From the NCBI GenBank assembly GCA_963829055.1, contig CAWHHI010000016.1, forward strand, positions 288,001-352,000: a stretch of 64,000 nt of DNA, given 5' to 3'. The position numbers and the translations under genes are program-made. The notes below the pieces were generated by a model. It saw only the letters and a list, made by a program, of their open reading frames with translations, was not told where the DNA came from and made no database searches. Positions 21,630 to 32,942 of this stretch are shown one piece after another (within the stretch, counting starts at the first letter, position 1; the number at the start of each line of letters is the position of its first letter). This stretch comes from an uncultured Gemmatimonadaceae bacterium (GTDB lineage Bacteria > Gemmatimonadota > Gemmatimonadetes > Gemmatimonadales > Gemmatimonadaceae).

Positions 21630-22607
21630 ATGAAGCGCGCCACGTCCATTACCTGGGAACAACTCAAGGTTGGCGCGATGATCATCGTCGCCATCGGAGT
21701 TCTCACACTCGCCATGTTCAAACTCGGCGAAGCGGCGAACCTGTTCGCCAAGCATTATCAACTCGTGGCGCTGTTGCCGAGCGTGAACGGCCTGCGCGTG
21801 GGAGGCTCCGTCACCGTTGCCGGGCAGCTTGCCGGTACCGTGTCGGCGATCGAATTCCTGCCACCTGACGCGGATACGACCCGGAACCTGCGCGTGACGG
21901 TCGAGATCGATCAGTCGCTGCAGCAGCAGGTACGCGAAGACTCGCGCGCGAGGATCCGCACGTTAGGCCTGCTCGGCGACAAGATCGTGGACATCTCGCC
22001 CGGCACGCCGCGTTATGCCGTGCTGCCGCAGAACGACACGCTGCAGGTGGAGACAGCGCTCGACTACGAGGCCGTTCTCGTGCAGGCGAGCGGCGCGGTC
22101 TCCGACATGGTGCAGCTCACGCGCGACCTGCGCGGCATCACGGGCGGCCTCGCGCGCGGCGAGGGTACGGTGGGCCAGCTGCTCACGAACCGCTCGCTGT
22201 ACGATGAGTTGAACGGGACGCTCGCTCGCACGAATACGCTCCTCACGCGCCTCCAGGCGCCTAACGGGAGCTTCGCGAAATTGCTCGACGATCCCGCGAT
22301 GTATCAGAACCTGACCGGTATGATCGGCTCGGTCGACTCACTCGTCCGCCAGATGCGATCGGAGAACGGCACGGTCGGCAAACTGCTCGCCAACGATTCG
22401 TTGTACACGCATCTCGTCGGCATCACGTCGGGGGCGGATTCGCTGCTCAAGCAATTGTCGCACGGCAATGGTCTCGCTTCGAAGATGCTCAACGATCAGC
22501 AGCTCTACGAGCAGCTCACGAAGACGATCACGGACCTGAACGCGATCCTCGCCGACGTGCGGAAGAACCCGAAGAAGTACACGAAGGGTATGATCACCGT
22601 TTTCTAG
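21630..22607 (+). CDS. mlaD: MlaD/MCE family protein
   Basis: N-terminal TM helix, GLRVGGSVTVAG, TLGLLGDKIVDISPG, GTVGQLL helical repeats. Confidence 0.9.
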   Translation: MKRATSITWEQLKVGAMIIVAIGVLTLAMFKLGEAANLFAKHYQLVALLPSVNGLRVGGSVTVAGQLAGTVSAIEFLPPDADTTRNLRVTVEIDQSLQQQVREDSRARIRTLGLLGDKIVDISPGTPRYAVLPQNDTLQVETALDYEAVLVQASGAVSDMVQLTRDLRGITGGLARGEGTVGQLLTNRSLYDELNGTLARTNTLLTRLQAPNGSFAKLLDDPAMYQNLTGMIGSVDSLVRQMRSENGTVGKLLANDSLYTHLVGITSGADSLLKQLSHGNGLASKMLNDQQLYEQLTKTITDLNAILADVRKNPKKYTKGMITVF

Positions 22608-22675
22608 CGCGTGGCCAGAGCGGCTGTCTGCTGAGGAGTCGGGGCCGGCACGCAGTTCGTCAGACCGGTTAACTT

Positions 22676-22712
22676 GGAGGCGCCGCGGACGCTCGCGGCG
22701 CCTCCTTCGTTT
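22676..22712 (+). terminator. Intrinsic terminator after mlaEFD
   Basis: Perfect 12-bp stem GGAGGCGCCGCG / CGCGGCGCCTCC followed by TTCGTTT. Confidence 0.7.
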
Positions 22713-22730
22713 CCGCTGACACCACCTCGA

Positions 22731-23723
22731 TTGCGCCAATTTGATCTCGACATCGTGGTCACGCGTGGCAGCGGCATCGAGTCGCGGCACCGCGTGCACG
22801 CGGCCGTCGTCGATGCGGATGGGAAGGCGGTCGGCGGAGCGCGCGAGCCCTCCACCGTCACCATGTGGCGCTCCTGCGCCAAGCCGTTCCAGGTCATGCC
22901 GCTCCTGTCATCCGGCGGCTTCGACGAAGTCGGGTGGGGCGATGACGAGCTGGCGCTGGCGTGCGCGTCTCATGGCGGCGAGCCGGAACACGTGGCGATC
23001 GCCGAGTCGATGCTGCGGGACCTGGGGCTCGAAGAAGGCGACCTGGTCTGCGGACCGCATGAGCCCCTCTCGCCGCGCGGCGCTCGAGTTATCCGCGACT
23101 CGGGCGAGCGCCCCACGCGGCTGCACAACAACTGCTCCGGAAAACACGCCGCGATGCTCGCGCGCGCGCACTTCGCGGGCTGGACGCTCGAAGGCTACGA
23201 ACGCGATGGCCATCCGGTGCAGGCCGCCGCACTCGAAGAGGTATCGCGCTGGACCGGCGTGCCCGAGCCCAACATCCTTCGCGCCATCGACGGCTGCGGC
23301 GTCGTCGTGTTCGGGCTCTCGCTCGACGCCATGGCGCGCGCCTACGGACGCTTCGCTGGCGCTGCCGCCCGGGGCGACGAGATCCCTGCGCGGATCGCGA
23401 GGGCGATCGCGACACGACCGTTCGTGTTCGGCGGTACGGATCGGTTCGATTCGCTCGTCGTCGAAGAGACAGCGGGCCGTGTCATTTCGAAGGTCGGTGC
23501 CGAGGGGGTGCACAGCGTCGCCGTCCTCGAACAGGGGGTCGGATTCGCACTGAAAGTCGAGGACGGCGCAACGCGGGCGCAGTATCCCGCCGTCCTGCAC
23601 ATGCTCCAGCTCCTCGGTGCGCTTCCCGAACGCTTGTCGCCACGTCTCGCCGAATATGCGCGCACACGCATCCGCAACACGCGCGGAGAAGTGGTGGGCG
23701 AACTACTCCCTGCGGGCGCCTGA
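22731..23723 (+). CDS. L-asparaginase II family protein (start approximate)
   Basis: RSCAKPFQ, CASHGGEPEH, HNNCSGKH, DGCG, KVGAEGV, KVEDG motifs. Confidence 0.88.
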   Translation: MRQFDLDIVVTRGSGIESRHRVHAAVVDADGKAVGGAREPSTVTMWRSCAKPFQVMPLLSSGGFDEVGWGDDELALACASHGGEPEHVAIAESMLRDLGLEEGDLVCGPHEPLSPRGARVIRDSGERPTRLHNNCSGKHAAMLARAHFAGWTLEGYERDGHPVQAAALEEVSRWTGVPEPNILRAIDGCGVVVFGLSLDAMARAYGRFAGAAARGDEIPARIARAIATRPFVFGGTDRFDSLVVEETAGRVISKVGAEGVHSVAVLEQGVGFALKVEDGATRAQYPAVLHMLQLLGALPERLSPRLAEYARTRIRNTRGEVVGELLPAGA

Positions 23724-23780
23724 CGCGTGCCGTGTCCGCGTTCGACCGCCGCGCAGCTCCCGCTGCGATAGTTCGCCCCC

Positions 23781-24450
23781 ATGCTCAAGGAAACGATGAC
23801 GCGCGCGCCCGCGGACGATGGTACCGTTGCTTCACCTGCCGCGCTCGACGCGGAAACACACGCGCTCGTGCGGCTGGCTGGTATCATCACCGCAGGGAGT
23901 GAGATTCAGATCCGTGCATCGCTCGTCCACGCTGCGGCCGCGTGCCGGCCGGAGTGGGTGGAGGAAGTCGTGCTGCAGTCATATCTGTTCGCCGGGTTCC
24001 CGCGCGCCCTCAACGCCGCACGCGAATGGCGGCGCATTTCCGGACGCTCGGCCCCCGATAGCGATGAGGGAGAAGACTTCGACCAGGCGTCACGCTGGCG
24101 TACCGAAGGGGAGGCCACGTGCGCGATAGTGTACGGTCCGTTCTACGAGCGCTTGCGGCACAACATCCGCGCAGTTGCATCCGGCGCTGGACGCCTGGAT
24201 GATCGTGGAAGGGTATGGCAAAGTGCTCTCGCGCCAGGCACTCGACCTTCGTCGTCGAGAGCTGTGCATCGTGAGCGCGTGCGCGATGGCACGCCAGGAT
24301 CGTCAGCTGCATTCGCACCTGCACGGGGCCAAACACGCCGGGGCGTCGCCCGAAGAAGTGCTCGGTGCGATCAACGCCGTCGCGGACCTGCTTGGTCCGG
24401 ACGACACACGCCGGTATCACCAACTGTTCGCGCGAGTGTTAGGCAGATGA
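23781..24450 (+). CDS. Carboxymuconolactone decarboxylase/AhpD family protein, frameshift near 24172
   Basis: LQSYLFAGFPRALNA then, in another frame, LHPALDAWMIVEGYGKVLSR..RELCIV..QLHSHLHGA. Confidence 0.82.
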
Positions 24451-24472
24451 TCGCGCATGGGGCTCGCTGATC

Positions 24473-25489
24473 GTGTTCATTGATCGTGTGGTGGTTCGCG
24501 TCGAAGCCGGAACGGGTGGGTCGGGCGCGAGCTCGTTCCGCCGCGAGAAGTTCGTTCCCATGGGCGGTCCCGACGGCGGCGACGGCGGCAAGGGCGGAGA
24601 CGTGATCGTGCGGGGGGATGACAACCTCGCGACGCTGCTCGACTACACCTACCGAGACAACTGGACGGCCGAACGCGGCGAGCACGGGATGGGCTCGAAC
24701 AAGACTGGACGCTCGGGCTCGGACGTCGTGCTCCCAGTGCCGCCTGGCACCGTCATTCGCGAAGTCGGAGGCGCGCACCTCGGCGAAATCCTCGCGCACG
24801 GCGACGAGATCATCGTCGCTCGTGGAGGGCGAGGCGGGAAGGGGAACGCATTCTTCGCGACCGCGACGCATCAGTCACCGCGCGAATGGCAGCCAGGCGA
24901 GGAAGGCGAGCAGCGCGCGCTGGAGCTCGAGCTCAAGCTCATTGCGGATGTCGGGCTGGTGGGGAAGCCTAACGCTGGGAAGTCCACACTGCTCTCCGTG
25001 ATCTCGGCCGCGCGCCCGAAGATCGCCGACTACCCCTTCACCACGCTGTCACCCAACCTCGGCGTCGTACAGCTCACCGATGGTCGAACGTTCGTCGTCG
25101 CGGACATTCCGGGCATCATCGAAGGTGCCCATGAAGGGAAGGGCCTTGGCCTCCAGTTCCTTCGCCACGTGGAGCGGACGCGCGTGCTGGCGTTCCTCAT
25201 CCCGATCGACGCCATGGACTGGCAACAGGAATACGACGAGCTGCGACACGAAGTAGCGGCCTACTCCGCCGAGTTGGCCCAGAAGCCTCACTGCGTGGTG
25301 TTCACCAAGATGGACTTGTTAGGCGAGGACTTCGTCCCTCCCATCGAGACCCCAAATGCGTTCGGCTCCTTCGCCATCAGCGCCGCGGCACGTACCGGCC
25401 TCGATACGCTACTCGCCGGTTGGTGGCGCCAACTGCTGGGGATGCGGAAGTCGACCCAACGCCGTGAGGGAAGCGCTCAGCTCCCCTGA
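24473..25489 (+). CDS. obgE: GTPase ObgE
   Basis: MFID..FRREKFVPMGGPDGGDGG, GKPNAGKS, KIADYPFTTL, DIPGIIEGA. Confidence 0.97.
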   Translation: MFIDRVVVRVEAGTGGSGASSFRREKFVPMGGPDGGDGGKGGDVIVRGDDNLATLLDYTYRDNWTAERGEHGMGSNKTGRSGSDVVLPVPPGTVIREVGGAHLGEILAHGDEIIVARGGRGGKGNAFFATATHQSPREWQPGEEGEQRALELELKLIADVGLVGKPNAGKSTLLSVISAARPKIADYPFTTLSPNLGVVQLTDGRTFVVADIPGIIEGAHEGKGLGLQFLRHVERTRVLAFLIPIDAMDWQQEYDELRHEVAAYSAELAQKPHCVVFTKMDLLGEDFVPPIETPNAFGSFAISAAARTGLDTLLAGWWRQLLGMRKSTQRREGSAQLP

Positions 25490-26523
25490 CTTTCGAATCG
25501 ACGCCCTGGCACTCGCGCTCGCGCCAGGTGTCGGCCCGCGAAAATACCGCGAGCGCACGCAGGGTTTCGGATCCGCCGCTCAGGCATTCGGCGCGACCAT
25601 TCCCGCGGGCCAGCAATCACGTCTTCGCGACGAAGCCGTCCGGGCGGTCGGCCGACGGCGAGCGTTGTGGCGCGCGACTCCTGATGATCGGCGACGCCGA
25701 CTATCCGGCGCCGCTGCTCGACCTCGGCGATCCACCGCCGTTCCTGTTCGTCCTCGGTGAGCTGTCCCGCGTGACGGATCCGGCCGTCGCGATTGTAGGG
25801 ACGCGGCGCGCGACGGCGTACGGAGAACGAGTGACAACGGCGCTGAGCGGCGCTCTCGCAGCCGCAGGCGCGACTGTCGTGAGCGGGATGGCTCGCGGCA
25901 TCGACGCCGCCGCGCACCGCGCCGCGCTGGCGCGCGGCGGCATCACGGTCGCCGTGTTAGGCACCGGCGTCGACGTCGCGTACCCCGTCGGGCACCGATC
26001 GCTACATCGAGCAATCGCGCAGCATGGCGCTGTGATTTCCGAGTTCCCATGCGGAGTGCACGCCCAGCCGGCGTCGTTTCCACGACGGAACCGGATCATT
26101 GCGGCGCTGGCGCAGCTGACGCTCGTCATCGAGGCCGGCATCGGGAGCGGAGCGCTGATCACCGCTGAGCATGCGGCCGATCTCGGGCGAGATGTGGCGG
26201 CCGTTCCCGGCCAGGTCGATTCGCCGCAGAGCGCAGGGTCGAACGCGCTCATTCGCGACGGCGTGCACACCGTGCTCTCGGCGGCGGATGCGCTGTCGCT
26301 GGTCAAGCTCGCGGACCCGGCAACGCGTCGCGACATCACACCGACGCTCCAGGGTGACGAGCGCGCCGTCTGGACGGCGCTCGCCGATGGCGCGACGCCG
26401 ATCGACATCCTGACAGAGCGGGCCGGCCTCACGCCTCGCCGTGCGCTCGCGGCGGTGACGGCGCTCGAGTTGGGCGATCTCATCGAAACGTTGCCCACCG
26501 GCGAGTTGCGGCGACGTCGGTAG
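25464..26523 (+). CDS. dprA: DNA-processing protein DprA, frameshift near 25650
   Basis: PGVGP N-terminus; YP..L..DPP, VAIVGTRRAT.YG, VSGMARGIDAAAH, FPRRNRIIA, SGALITA. Confidence 0.92.
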
Positions 26524-26626
26524 GCCGAGGGGAGGAGCGGTGGGGCAGTCCGACGCTGGAGTAGGTGCCTAACGATTCCGGTCGGCGAACGTCATCGGTT
26601 CAGCGTCGATGCAACTGGACGCGGAT

Positions 26627-26940
26627 AACGGCAACGGCCAGTTCACCGCGAAGGACGCAAGGGACTGCTTCGGAACGCATCCAGACGAAGGACGAACGGA
26701 TGCGCCATCTGACGGACTGACTCGCAGCACGCGACGGATGCTCTCGCGGCCAGTTTCGAGGCACGGCCTCGGAACCATTCAATTGGTGTCCCGGCGGTTG
26801 CCAAAAGCCGTCGCGAGGCTTCCGATCGCGATCGGATCAGGCCTTCAGATCCGGCCATCGTTTCGTCCTTCGTCTGAGATGCTGGCCGAAGCAGTTTCCG
26901 CGTCCTCCGCGCTGACCGGCGGTGAACGGCTGTTGCCGTT
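26627..26940. repeat. Long imperfect inverted-repeat element (about 90-bp arms)
   Basis: Arms 26627-26712 and 26845-26940 are reverse complements, including CAGACGAAGGACGAA/TTCGTCCTTCGTCTG (15/15) and ACTGCTTCGG/CCGAAGCAGT (10/10). Confidence 0.85.
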
Positions 26941-27038
26941 GCTTTGCGCTTGCAGTCGGACCGATCGACGGTGCTTGTCGTCTCGCGTCGAGCGGCGCCA
27001 ATCAAAATGTCGGACGCGGTCGACCACTATATTTCCGT

Positions 27039-28153
27039 GTGCCGCCTCGCCACGTCTACGTTCACGTTCCGTTCTGCGCTCGTCGCTGCTCCTACTGCGA
27101 CTTCGCCATCGCCGTGCGCCATCGGGTCCCGGCGGATGAGTATGCACGCGCGATCGCCCGTGAGCTCGAGCTCAGGGCGTTAGGCGGCTCCGACGCCACC
27201 GTCGACACGATCTACCTCGGCGGTGGGACGCCCTCGCTGCTCGGACCCGATGGCGTCAGGCGCGTGATCGACATCGTGTCCGAACGCTTCCCGCCGGCAT
27301 CCGGCGCCGAGATCACGATCGAAGCCAATCCCGACGACGTCAACGCCGCGTCGGTAGCGGGATGGCGCGCCGCTGGCGTGAATCGCGTGTCCCTCGGTGT
27401 GCAATCGTTTCATCCGAATGCGCTCGCGTGGATGCACCGCACGCACGGCGCAGATCAGATCACCGTCGCCGCGAATGCGCTGGCGGATGGCGGGATGGAG
27501 AACTGGTCGCTCGATCTCATCTTCGCGCTTCCCGAAGCGCTCGAGCGCGATTGGGCGCGTGATCTCGATGCGGCCATCGCGCTTGCGCCGCCGCACATCT
27601 CGCTCTACGGCCTGACGGTCGAATCGCACACCCCCATCGCGCGCTGGCGAGATCGTGGCGATACCGTCGAGGGCAGCGAGGACGTCTACGAGCGCGAGTA
27701 CCTCCACGCCGACGAAACGCTTCGTGGCGCCGGCTACGCGCACTACGAGGTCTCGAACTTCGGCAAACCGGCCGGACGTCTCGGCACAACAAGAGTTACT
27801 GGACCGGCGCGTCGTACGTCGGTCTTGGTCCGGCCGCTCACGGCTACAATGGCTTCGAGCGGCGCTGGAACGAGCGCGAATACGCGGCGTGGCTCCGCTG
27901 CGTGAACGAAGGCAAGGATCCTCTCGGTGGAGCTGAATCGCTCACGCCCGAGAACCGTACCTCCGAGGAGGTGTACCTTGGCTTACGGACCAGCGACGGT
28001 CTCGCCTTGCTGCCGAACGAGCGGGAAGCCGTTCGACCGTGGGTCGACGCCGGTTGGGGCACTGTCGATTCGGACCGACTTCGCCTCACCGCAACGGGTT
28101 GGCTGCGACTGGACGCACTTGCCGCGTCCTTGACGATGCTCAGAAGTCGTTAG
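27039..28153 (+). CDS. hemW: Radical SAM heme chaperone HemW, frameshift near 27770
   Basis: YVHVPFCARRCSYCDF, YLGGGTPS, YEVSNF, then SRHNKSYW and GLGPAAH in the shifted frame. Confidence 0.92.
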
Positions 28154-28159
28154 TACATT
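28130..28159 (+). promoter_or_regulatory. Sigma70-type promoter of hrcA, probably leaderless
   Basis: TTGACG (28130-35), 18-nt spacer, TACATT (28154-59), then 7 nt to the ATG at 28167; no SD. Confidence 0.6.
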
Positions 28160-28166
28160 TATACTT

Positions 28167-29212
28167 ATGACATTCGCCGAGCTCTCAGAACGCGAACGCC
28201 GCGTGCTCGAAGCCGTCATCCAGAGCTACGTGGAGACGGCGGAGCCCGCTGGCTCGCGCACGATCTCGCGTCGCTTCGGCATCGGTGTGTCGCCGGCGAC
28301 GATCCGGAACACGATGAGCGACCTGGAAGAGAAGGGGTACCTCTTCCATCCGCACACGTCCGCCGGTCGGGTGCCCACGGACATCGCCTATCGCCTGTAC
28401 GTCGACTCGCTCATGCGTGTCGCACCCGATCGCGAGCTCCGACCGCGACCTGCTGGCCGAGCACCTGACGGCCAGCGGTGGGTCGACGATCGAGACGATT
28501 CTGCGCCGCGCCGCCCAGACGCTCTCCGTGCTGACCCAGGAGCTGGGAATGGCGGTCGGCCCACGGCTCGATCAGATCGTGCTTCAGCGGCTCGAGCTCG
28601 TCCGTCTGTCGAGCGAGCGGCTGGTGCTCGTGCTGTCGCTACACGGCGGCGCGGTGCGAACGATCTTCGTCGAGGTCGGTGAGCAGATCGCCGACAACGC
28701 ACTGGCCGAGGTCTCGGTGGTGCTGAACGAGCGCCTTGCCGGCCTGACACTGTCGGAGATCCGCTCGTCACTCGCGGCTCGCCTGCGTGATGCCAAGTCG
28801 ATCGTGGGTGGCCACGAGCTACTGAACATCTTCGTGCAGGAGCGCGAGTCGATCTTCGATGATCCGCTCAAGCGCGACGAGAGTCTCGTGCTCGGTCAAA
28901 CGTCCGTCCTCGCCGAGCAGCCCGAGTTCGCGTCGAGCGACAAGATGCGCCGGCTGCTCGACGCTTACGGAATCGAACGAGCATTCGACGGAGATCCTCC
29001 GCCGGCGCCACGTGAGCCCAGGCGTGTCGATCACGATCGGCAACGAGCACGGCGATCCGCGCTTCGAGAACTTCACGATCGTGACCTCGGAGTACCGTGC
29101 TGGCTCGCTCGCGGGCGTCATCGGCGTGATTGGCCCGACGCGAATGCCGTACGAGAAGGTGATCGCCGTGGTCACCCATGCGTCGAGACTCGTGTCGGAC
29201 CTGCTCGACTGA
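28167..29212 (+). CDS. hrcA: Heat-inducible transcription repressor HrcA, frameshifts near 28422 and 28965
   Basis: SPATIRNTMSDLEEKGYLFHPHTSAGRVPT; C-terminal GVIGPTRMPY. Confidence 0.95.
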
Positions 29213-29308
29213 CGCCGCTGCGTTTGAGTAGCACTCAGCGTCACCCAGCCACCAGCACGACCACCCAGCAACAAGCCGCTCAAAATTTCGAATTAGCTTC
29301 ACGGCTCT

Positions 29309-30452
29309 ATGGCTGACTATTACTCCGTCCTCGGCGTCCCGAATACCGCGTCCGACGACGAAATCAAGAAGTCCTATCGCAAGCTCGCGATGCAGTTTCA
29401 CCCCGACCGCAACAATGGGTCGCAGTGAAGCCGAGGAGAAGTTCAAGGAGATCACGGAGGCGTATGACGTCCTCCGCGATCCCAACAAGCGCGCGGCGTA
29501 TGATCGCTACGGTGAAGCCGGACTGCGCGGTGCGGCTGGTGGTGGCGGGTTCCACCACGTGGATCTCTCCGAAGCGCTCGGCATCTTCATGCGCGATTTC
29601 GGCGGCTTCGGTGGACTCGGCGACCTCTTCGGCGCCAGCGGCGGCGGGCGACGTCAGGGCAACAGCCGCACGGGCACGGACGTCAAGTTCACCGTCGAGC
29701 TGACGCTCCAGGAAGTCGCGACCGGCGTTCAGAAGACGTTCAACGCGAAGCTGCTCGATCCGTGCGACCGCTGCGAAGGTTCAGGCGCGGAGCAGGGATC
29801 GAAGCCGCAGCGCTGCACGACGTGTAACGGATCCGGCGAGGTGCGGCGCGCTCAGCGCTCGTTCTTCGGCCAGTTCGTGAGCGTGGCGCCGTGCCCGACC
29901 TGTTCGGGTGAAGGCACCGTCATCGCGGCGCCGTGCAAGAAGTGTCGAGGCGAAGGACGCGTCCGCGGCGATCACTCGATTCCGGTGCAGATCCCGCCCG
30001 GCGTCGCGACCGGGCAGTACATGACGCTGCGCGGCCTCGGCAACGCGGGCCCGCGGGGCGGACCGCGTGGCGACGTGCTCGTCGTCTTCGAGGTCGCGGA
30101 CGATCCTCGCTTCGAGCGCGACGGTGAGGACCTCTACTGCGAGGTGCTGGTGTCGTATCCGCAGCTCGTGTTAGGCGCGGACGTGGAAGTACCGGCCGTG
30201 ACGACGAACGTCTCGCTGCGCGTTCCGCCCGGTACGCAGAGCGGACAGGTGTTCAACGTTCGTGGCCGCGGACTTCCGCGCGTGAACGCGTCCGGCGTCG
30301 GCGACCTGCACGTCCGCGTGCAGCTCTGGACGCCCGACTCCGTCACGCGCGAGGAGGAGGCGTTGCTGCGGAAGCTGGCCGAGACGCAGCAGACGCCACA
30401 GTCGCGCGAGAAGGGGTTCTGGACGCGCATGAAGGAAGCGCTCGGCGCCTAA
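29309..30452 (+). CDS. dnaJ: Chaperone DnaJ, frameshift near 29422
   Basis: [16 protein letters not shown]-domain, G/F region, four CxxCxGxG repeats. Confidence 0.96.
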
Positions 30453-30484
30453 CGCGTGGGTCGCCTGACAGCAGTGAACGCTCC

Positions 30485-31310
30485 ATGAGCTGGCTCTCGG
30501 TTCGCGTCGTGCCCGCTCAGGAGCGCGACGCGGCGATGGCGGCGCTGTTCGCCGCCGGGGCGCAGGGTGTGCACGAGGACGGCAATGCGCTGGTGACGCA
30601 CTTTCCGCCCGAGACCGACATGGACGGCGTCACCATGGCCGTTCGCGACAGCCGATCCAGGGGCTGACGTGACGGTCGGCCGAGCGGCCGACACCGACTG
30701 GTCGGAGTCGTGGAAGGCATCTGCTCTCGACGCAGGTCGTGGGCGCGCTTCGCATCGCGCCGCCGTGGCTCGCCGCCGATCTCGACCCGACGAAGCACCA
30801 TTGTCGTTGATCCCGGGCATGGCGTTCGGCACCGGCGATCATCCGACGACGCGATCGGTCGCTCGACTCATGCAGCGGATTCCGATCGCGGGCGCGCGAG
30901 TCGCGGACCTTGGTGCTGGAAGCGCCGTGCTCGCGATCGCCGCGGCGAAGCTCGGCGCGCGCACGGTAACGGCGGTCGAGCTCGATCCGGACGCGATCGG
31001 CAACGCGAACGAGAACGTGGAGCGCAACGACGTCGCCGATCTCGTGCACGTGGTCGAGGGCGATGCTCTTCTTCTGTTGCCGCTACTGGCGCCACTCGAC
31101 GTCATCTTCGCGAACATTCTGTCGAGCGTCCACCTGCGTCTGCTGCCGGTGATGGCGCCAGCTTTGAGCGACGGCGGCCGCGGAATACTCAGTGGCATTC
31201 TCGTCGAGGAGCGCGCATTGCTCGTCGAGGTGCTCGACACATCCGGTTGGCAGATCATCGACGAGGACGTCGAGGACATCTGGTGGAGCGCGACGATCTC
31301 GCGTCGCTAG
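30485..31310 (+). CDS. prmA: Ribosomal protein L11 methyltransferase, several frameshifts
   Basis: PGMAFGTGDHPTT, DLGAGSAVLAIAAAKLGA, ILSGIL; follows dnaJ. Confidence 0.9.
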
Positions 31311-32055
31311 CCGGCTTCTTCGCCGGCGCGGCAGCCGCTGGTCCGAGGCGGCGTCGCGCGGCTCGGCGAAGATGCGGCGCATCACATCCGCGTGCGACGG
31401 CTCAACGTCGGCGAGCGAGTGTTTCTCGCGGATGGCGCAGGCGCTCAGGCCGTCGGCTCCATCGTTCGCCTGTCCAGGAAGGACGCGGACGTGTCCGTCG
31501 ACGACGTCGCTCGGTTCGATGCACCCTCCCCGGTGCATCTCGTCGTGCCCGTCGCCGATCGCGACCGCATGCTCTGGTGCGCGGAGAAATGCGCGGAGCT
31601 CGGCGCGTCGACGTGGCGGCCGATCCTGTGGAATCGATCGCGAAGCGTCTCACCTCGCGGCGAGGGCGACGGCGTTCGCGGAGAAAGTCCGTGCACGGAT
31701 GACGTCGGCGCTGCTCCAGTCACATTCGGCGTGGCTGCCTGACGTGCTGGCCGACAGTGCGCTCGAGCAAGCGATCGCCGCCCTGCCCGCCGGGTGGTAC
31801 GCGCCTCGTGCTCGACGTCAGCGGCGAGCCGATCGCCGCCATGCGGTTCAGGAGTCCCGGTGACGATCGCGGTCGGACCGGAAGGAGGAATCGAGCCCGG
31901 GGAGCTTGCCGTCCTTCGCGATGCTGGCTTCCGCACGGCGTCGCGTTGGCGCGAACGTTCTGCGCTTCGAGACCGCCGCGGTCGCCGCCCTCGCCATCGT
32001 GCGGAGCACGCTCGCGGCTTCACCAGAACCGACTGACGCATTGACCAATGGCTGA
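31283..32055 (+). CDS. rsmE: 16S rRNA m3U1498 methyltransferase, several frameshifts
   Basis: HHIRVRRL, EKCAELGA, VGPEGG, LRFETAA found in successive frames. Confidence 0.85.
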
Positions 32056-32390
32056 CGACTGTCTGTTCTGCCGTATCGTTCGCAAGGAAATCCCGGTCAC
32101 GCTGGTCGCCGAGGACGAGCACTCGATCGCGTTCCGCGATATCAATCCGCAGGCGCCGGTGCACGTTCTCGTGATCCCGCGCGCTCACGTCGCGTCGCTC
32201 GACAAGGCCGACGACGCTGCAGATGATCGGTCGGCTGTCGCTCATGGCGGCGGAGATCGCACGCGCCGAAGGGGTGAGCGCGAGTGGTTACCGCACCGTG
32301 ATGAACACGAACTCGGCGGCCGGTCAGACGGTCTTCCACGTACACCTGCATTTGCTTGGCGGCCGATCGATGCACTGGCCGCCCGGGTGA
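32048..32390 (+). CDS. Histidine triad (HINT) nucleotide-binding protein, frameshift near 32220
   Basis: [39 protein letters not shown]. Confidence 0.9.
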
Positions 32391-32413
32391 TGCGACCCTA
32401 GGTTTTCTCGGCG

Positions 32414-32857
32414 ATGACATCGCTTCTCGCGCGCCTCCAGGAAGACCTCGGCACGGCGCGTAAAGCCAGAAACCAGGCAGCGGTGATCGTGATCGGCACG
32501 GCGATCTCGGATGTGAAGAACCGCGAGATCGAGCTGCGCCGCGACGTCACCGACGAAGACGTGGTCGACGTCATCCGGAAATCCATCAAGCGGCGACGTG
32601 AGGCGATCGAGCTGTATCTCACGGCGAAGCGCGAAGACCTCGTCGCGAAGGAACGCGCCGAGCTCGCGACGCTCGAGGGGTATCTTCCAGCGCAGGTCGA
32701 TGATGCCGAGATCCGTACCGCCGTTCGCGCGGCAATTGCAGGTGGCGCAGCTAATATCGGCGCCGTGATGGGGCGCGTCGTACCGCAGTTCAAGGGACGC
32801 GCCGAAGGCAGCACGATCAACGCGATCGCACGCGAGGAGCTGAGCAGGCAAGGGTGA
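32414..32857 (+). CDS. GatB/YqeY domain protein
   Basis: KSIKRRREAIE.Y, YLPAQ, IGAVMGRV..KGRAEG. Confidence 0.9.
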   Translation: MTSLLARLQEDLGTARKARNQAAVIVIGTAISDVKNREIELRRDVTDEDVVDVIRKSIKRRREAIELYLTAKREDLVAKERAELATLEGYLPAQVDDAEIRTAVRAAIAGGAANIGAVMGRVVPQFKGRAEGSTINAIAREELSRQG

Positions 32858-32878
32858 TCCCGTCGCCCATGGTCCATC

Positions 32879-32923
32879 GAGCCCGAACGAGCGGTTGCCG
32901 CCGCCCGGTCGGGTTTTTCGTTT
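32879..32923 (+). terminator. Probable intrinsic terminator
   Basis: GAGCCCGA..GAGCGG / CCGCCC..TCGGGTTTTT imperfect stem with a U-tract. Confidence 0.55.
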
Positions 32924-32942
32924 CATATCGATGGTGGTGTAT

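Noticed and set aside
26569..27139. ORFs in the dprA-hemW spacer (e.g. 26609-27139 +, 26643-27005 -)
   Set aside because: Atypical composition, no recognisable motifs; the region is better explained by the inverted-repeat element
29229..29255. Possible CIRCE element upstream of dnaJ
   Set aside because: Only the left half (TAGCACTC) matches; the right arm reads CAGCCACCA instead of GAGTGCTAA
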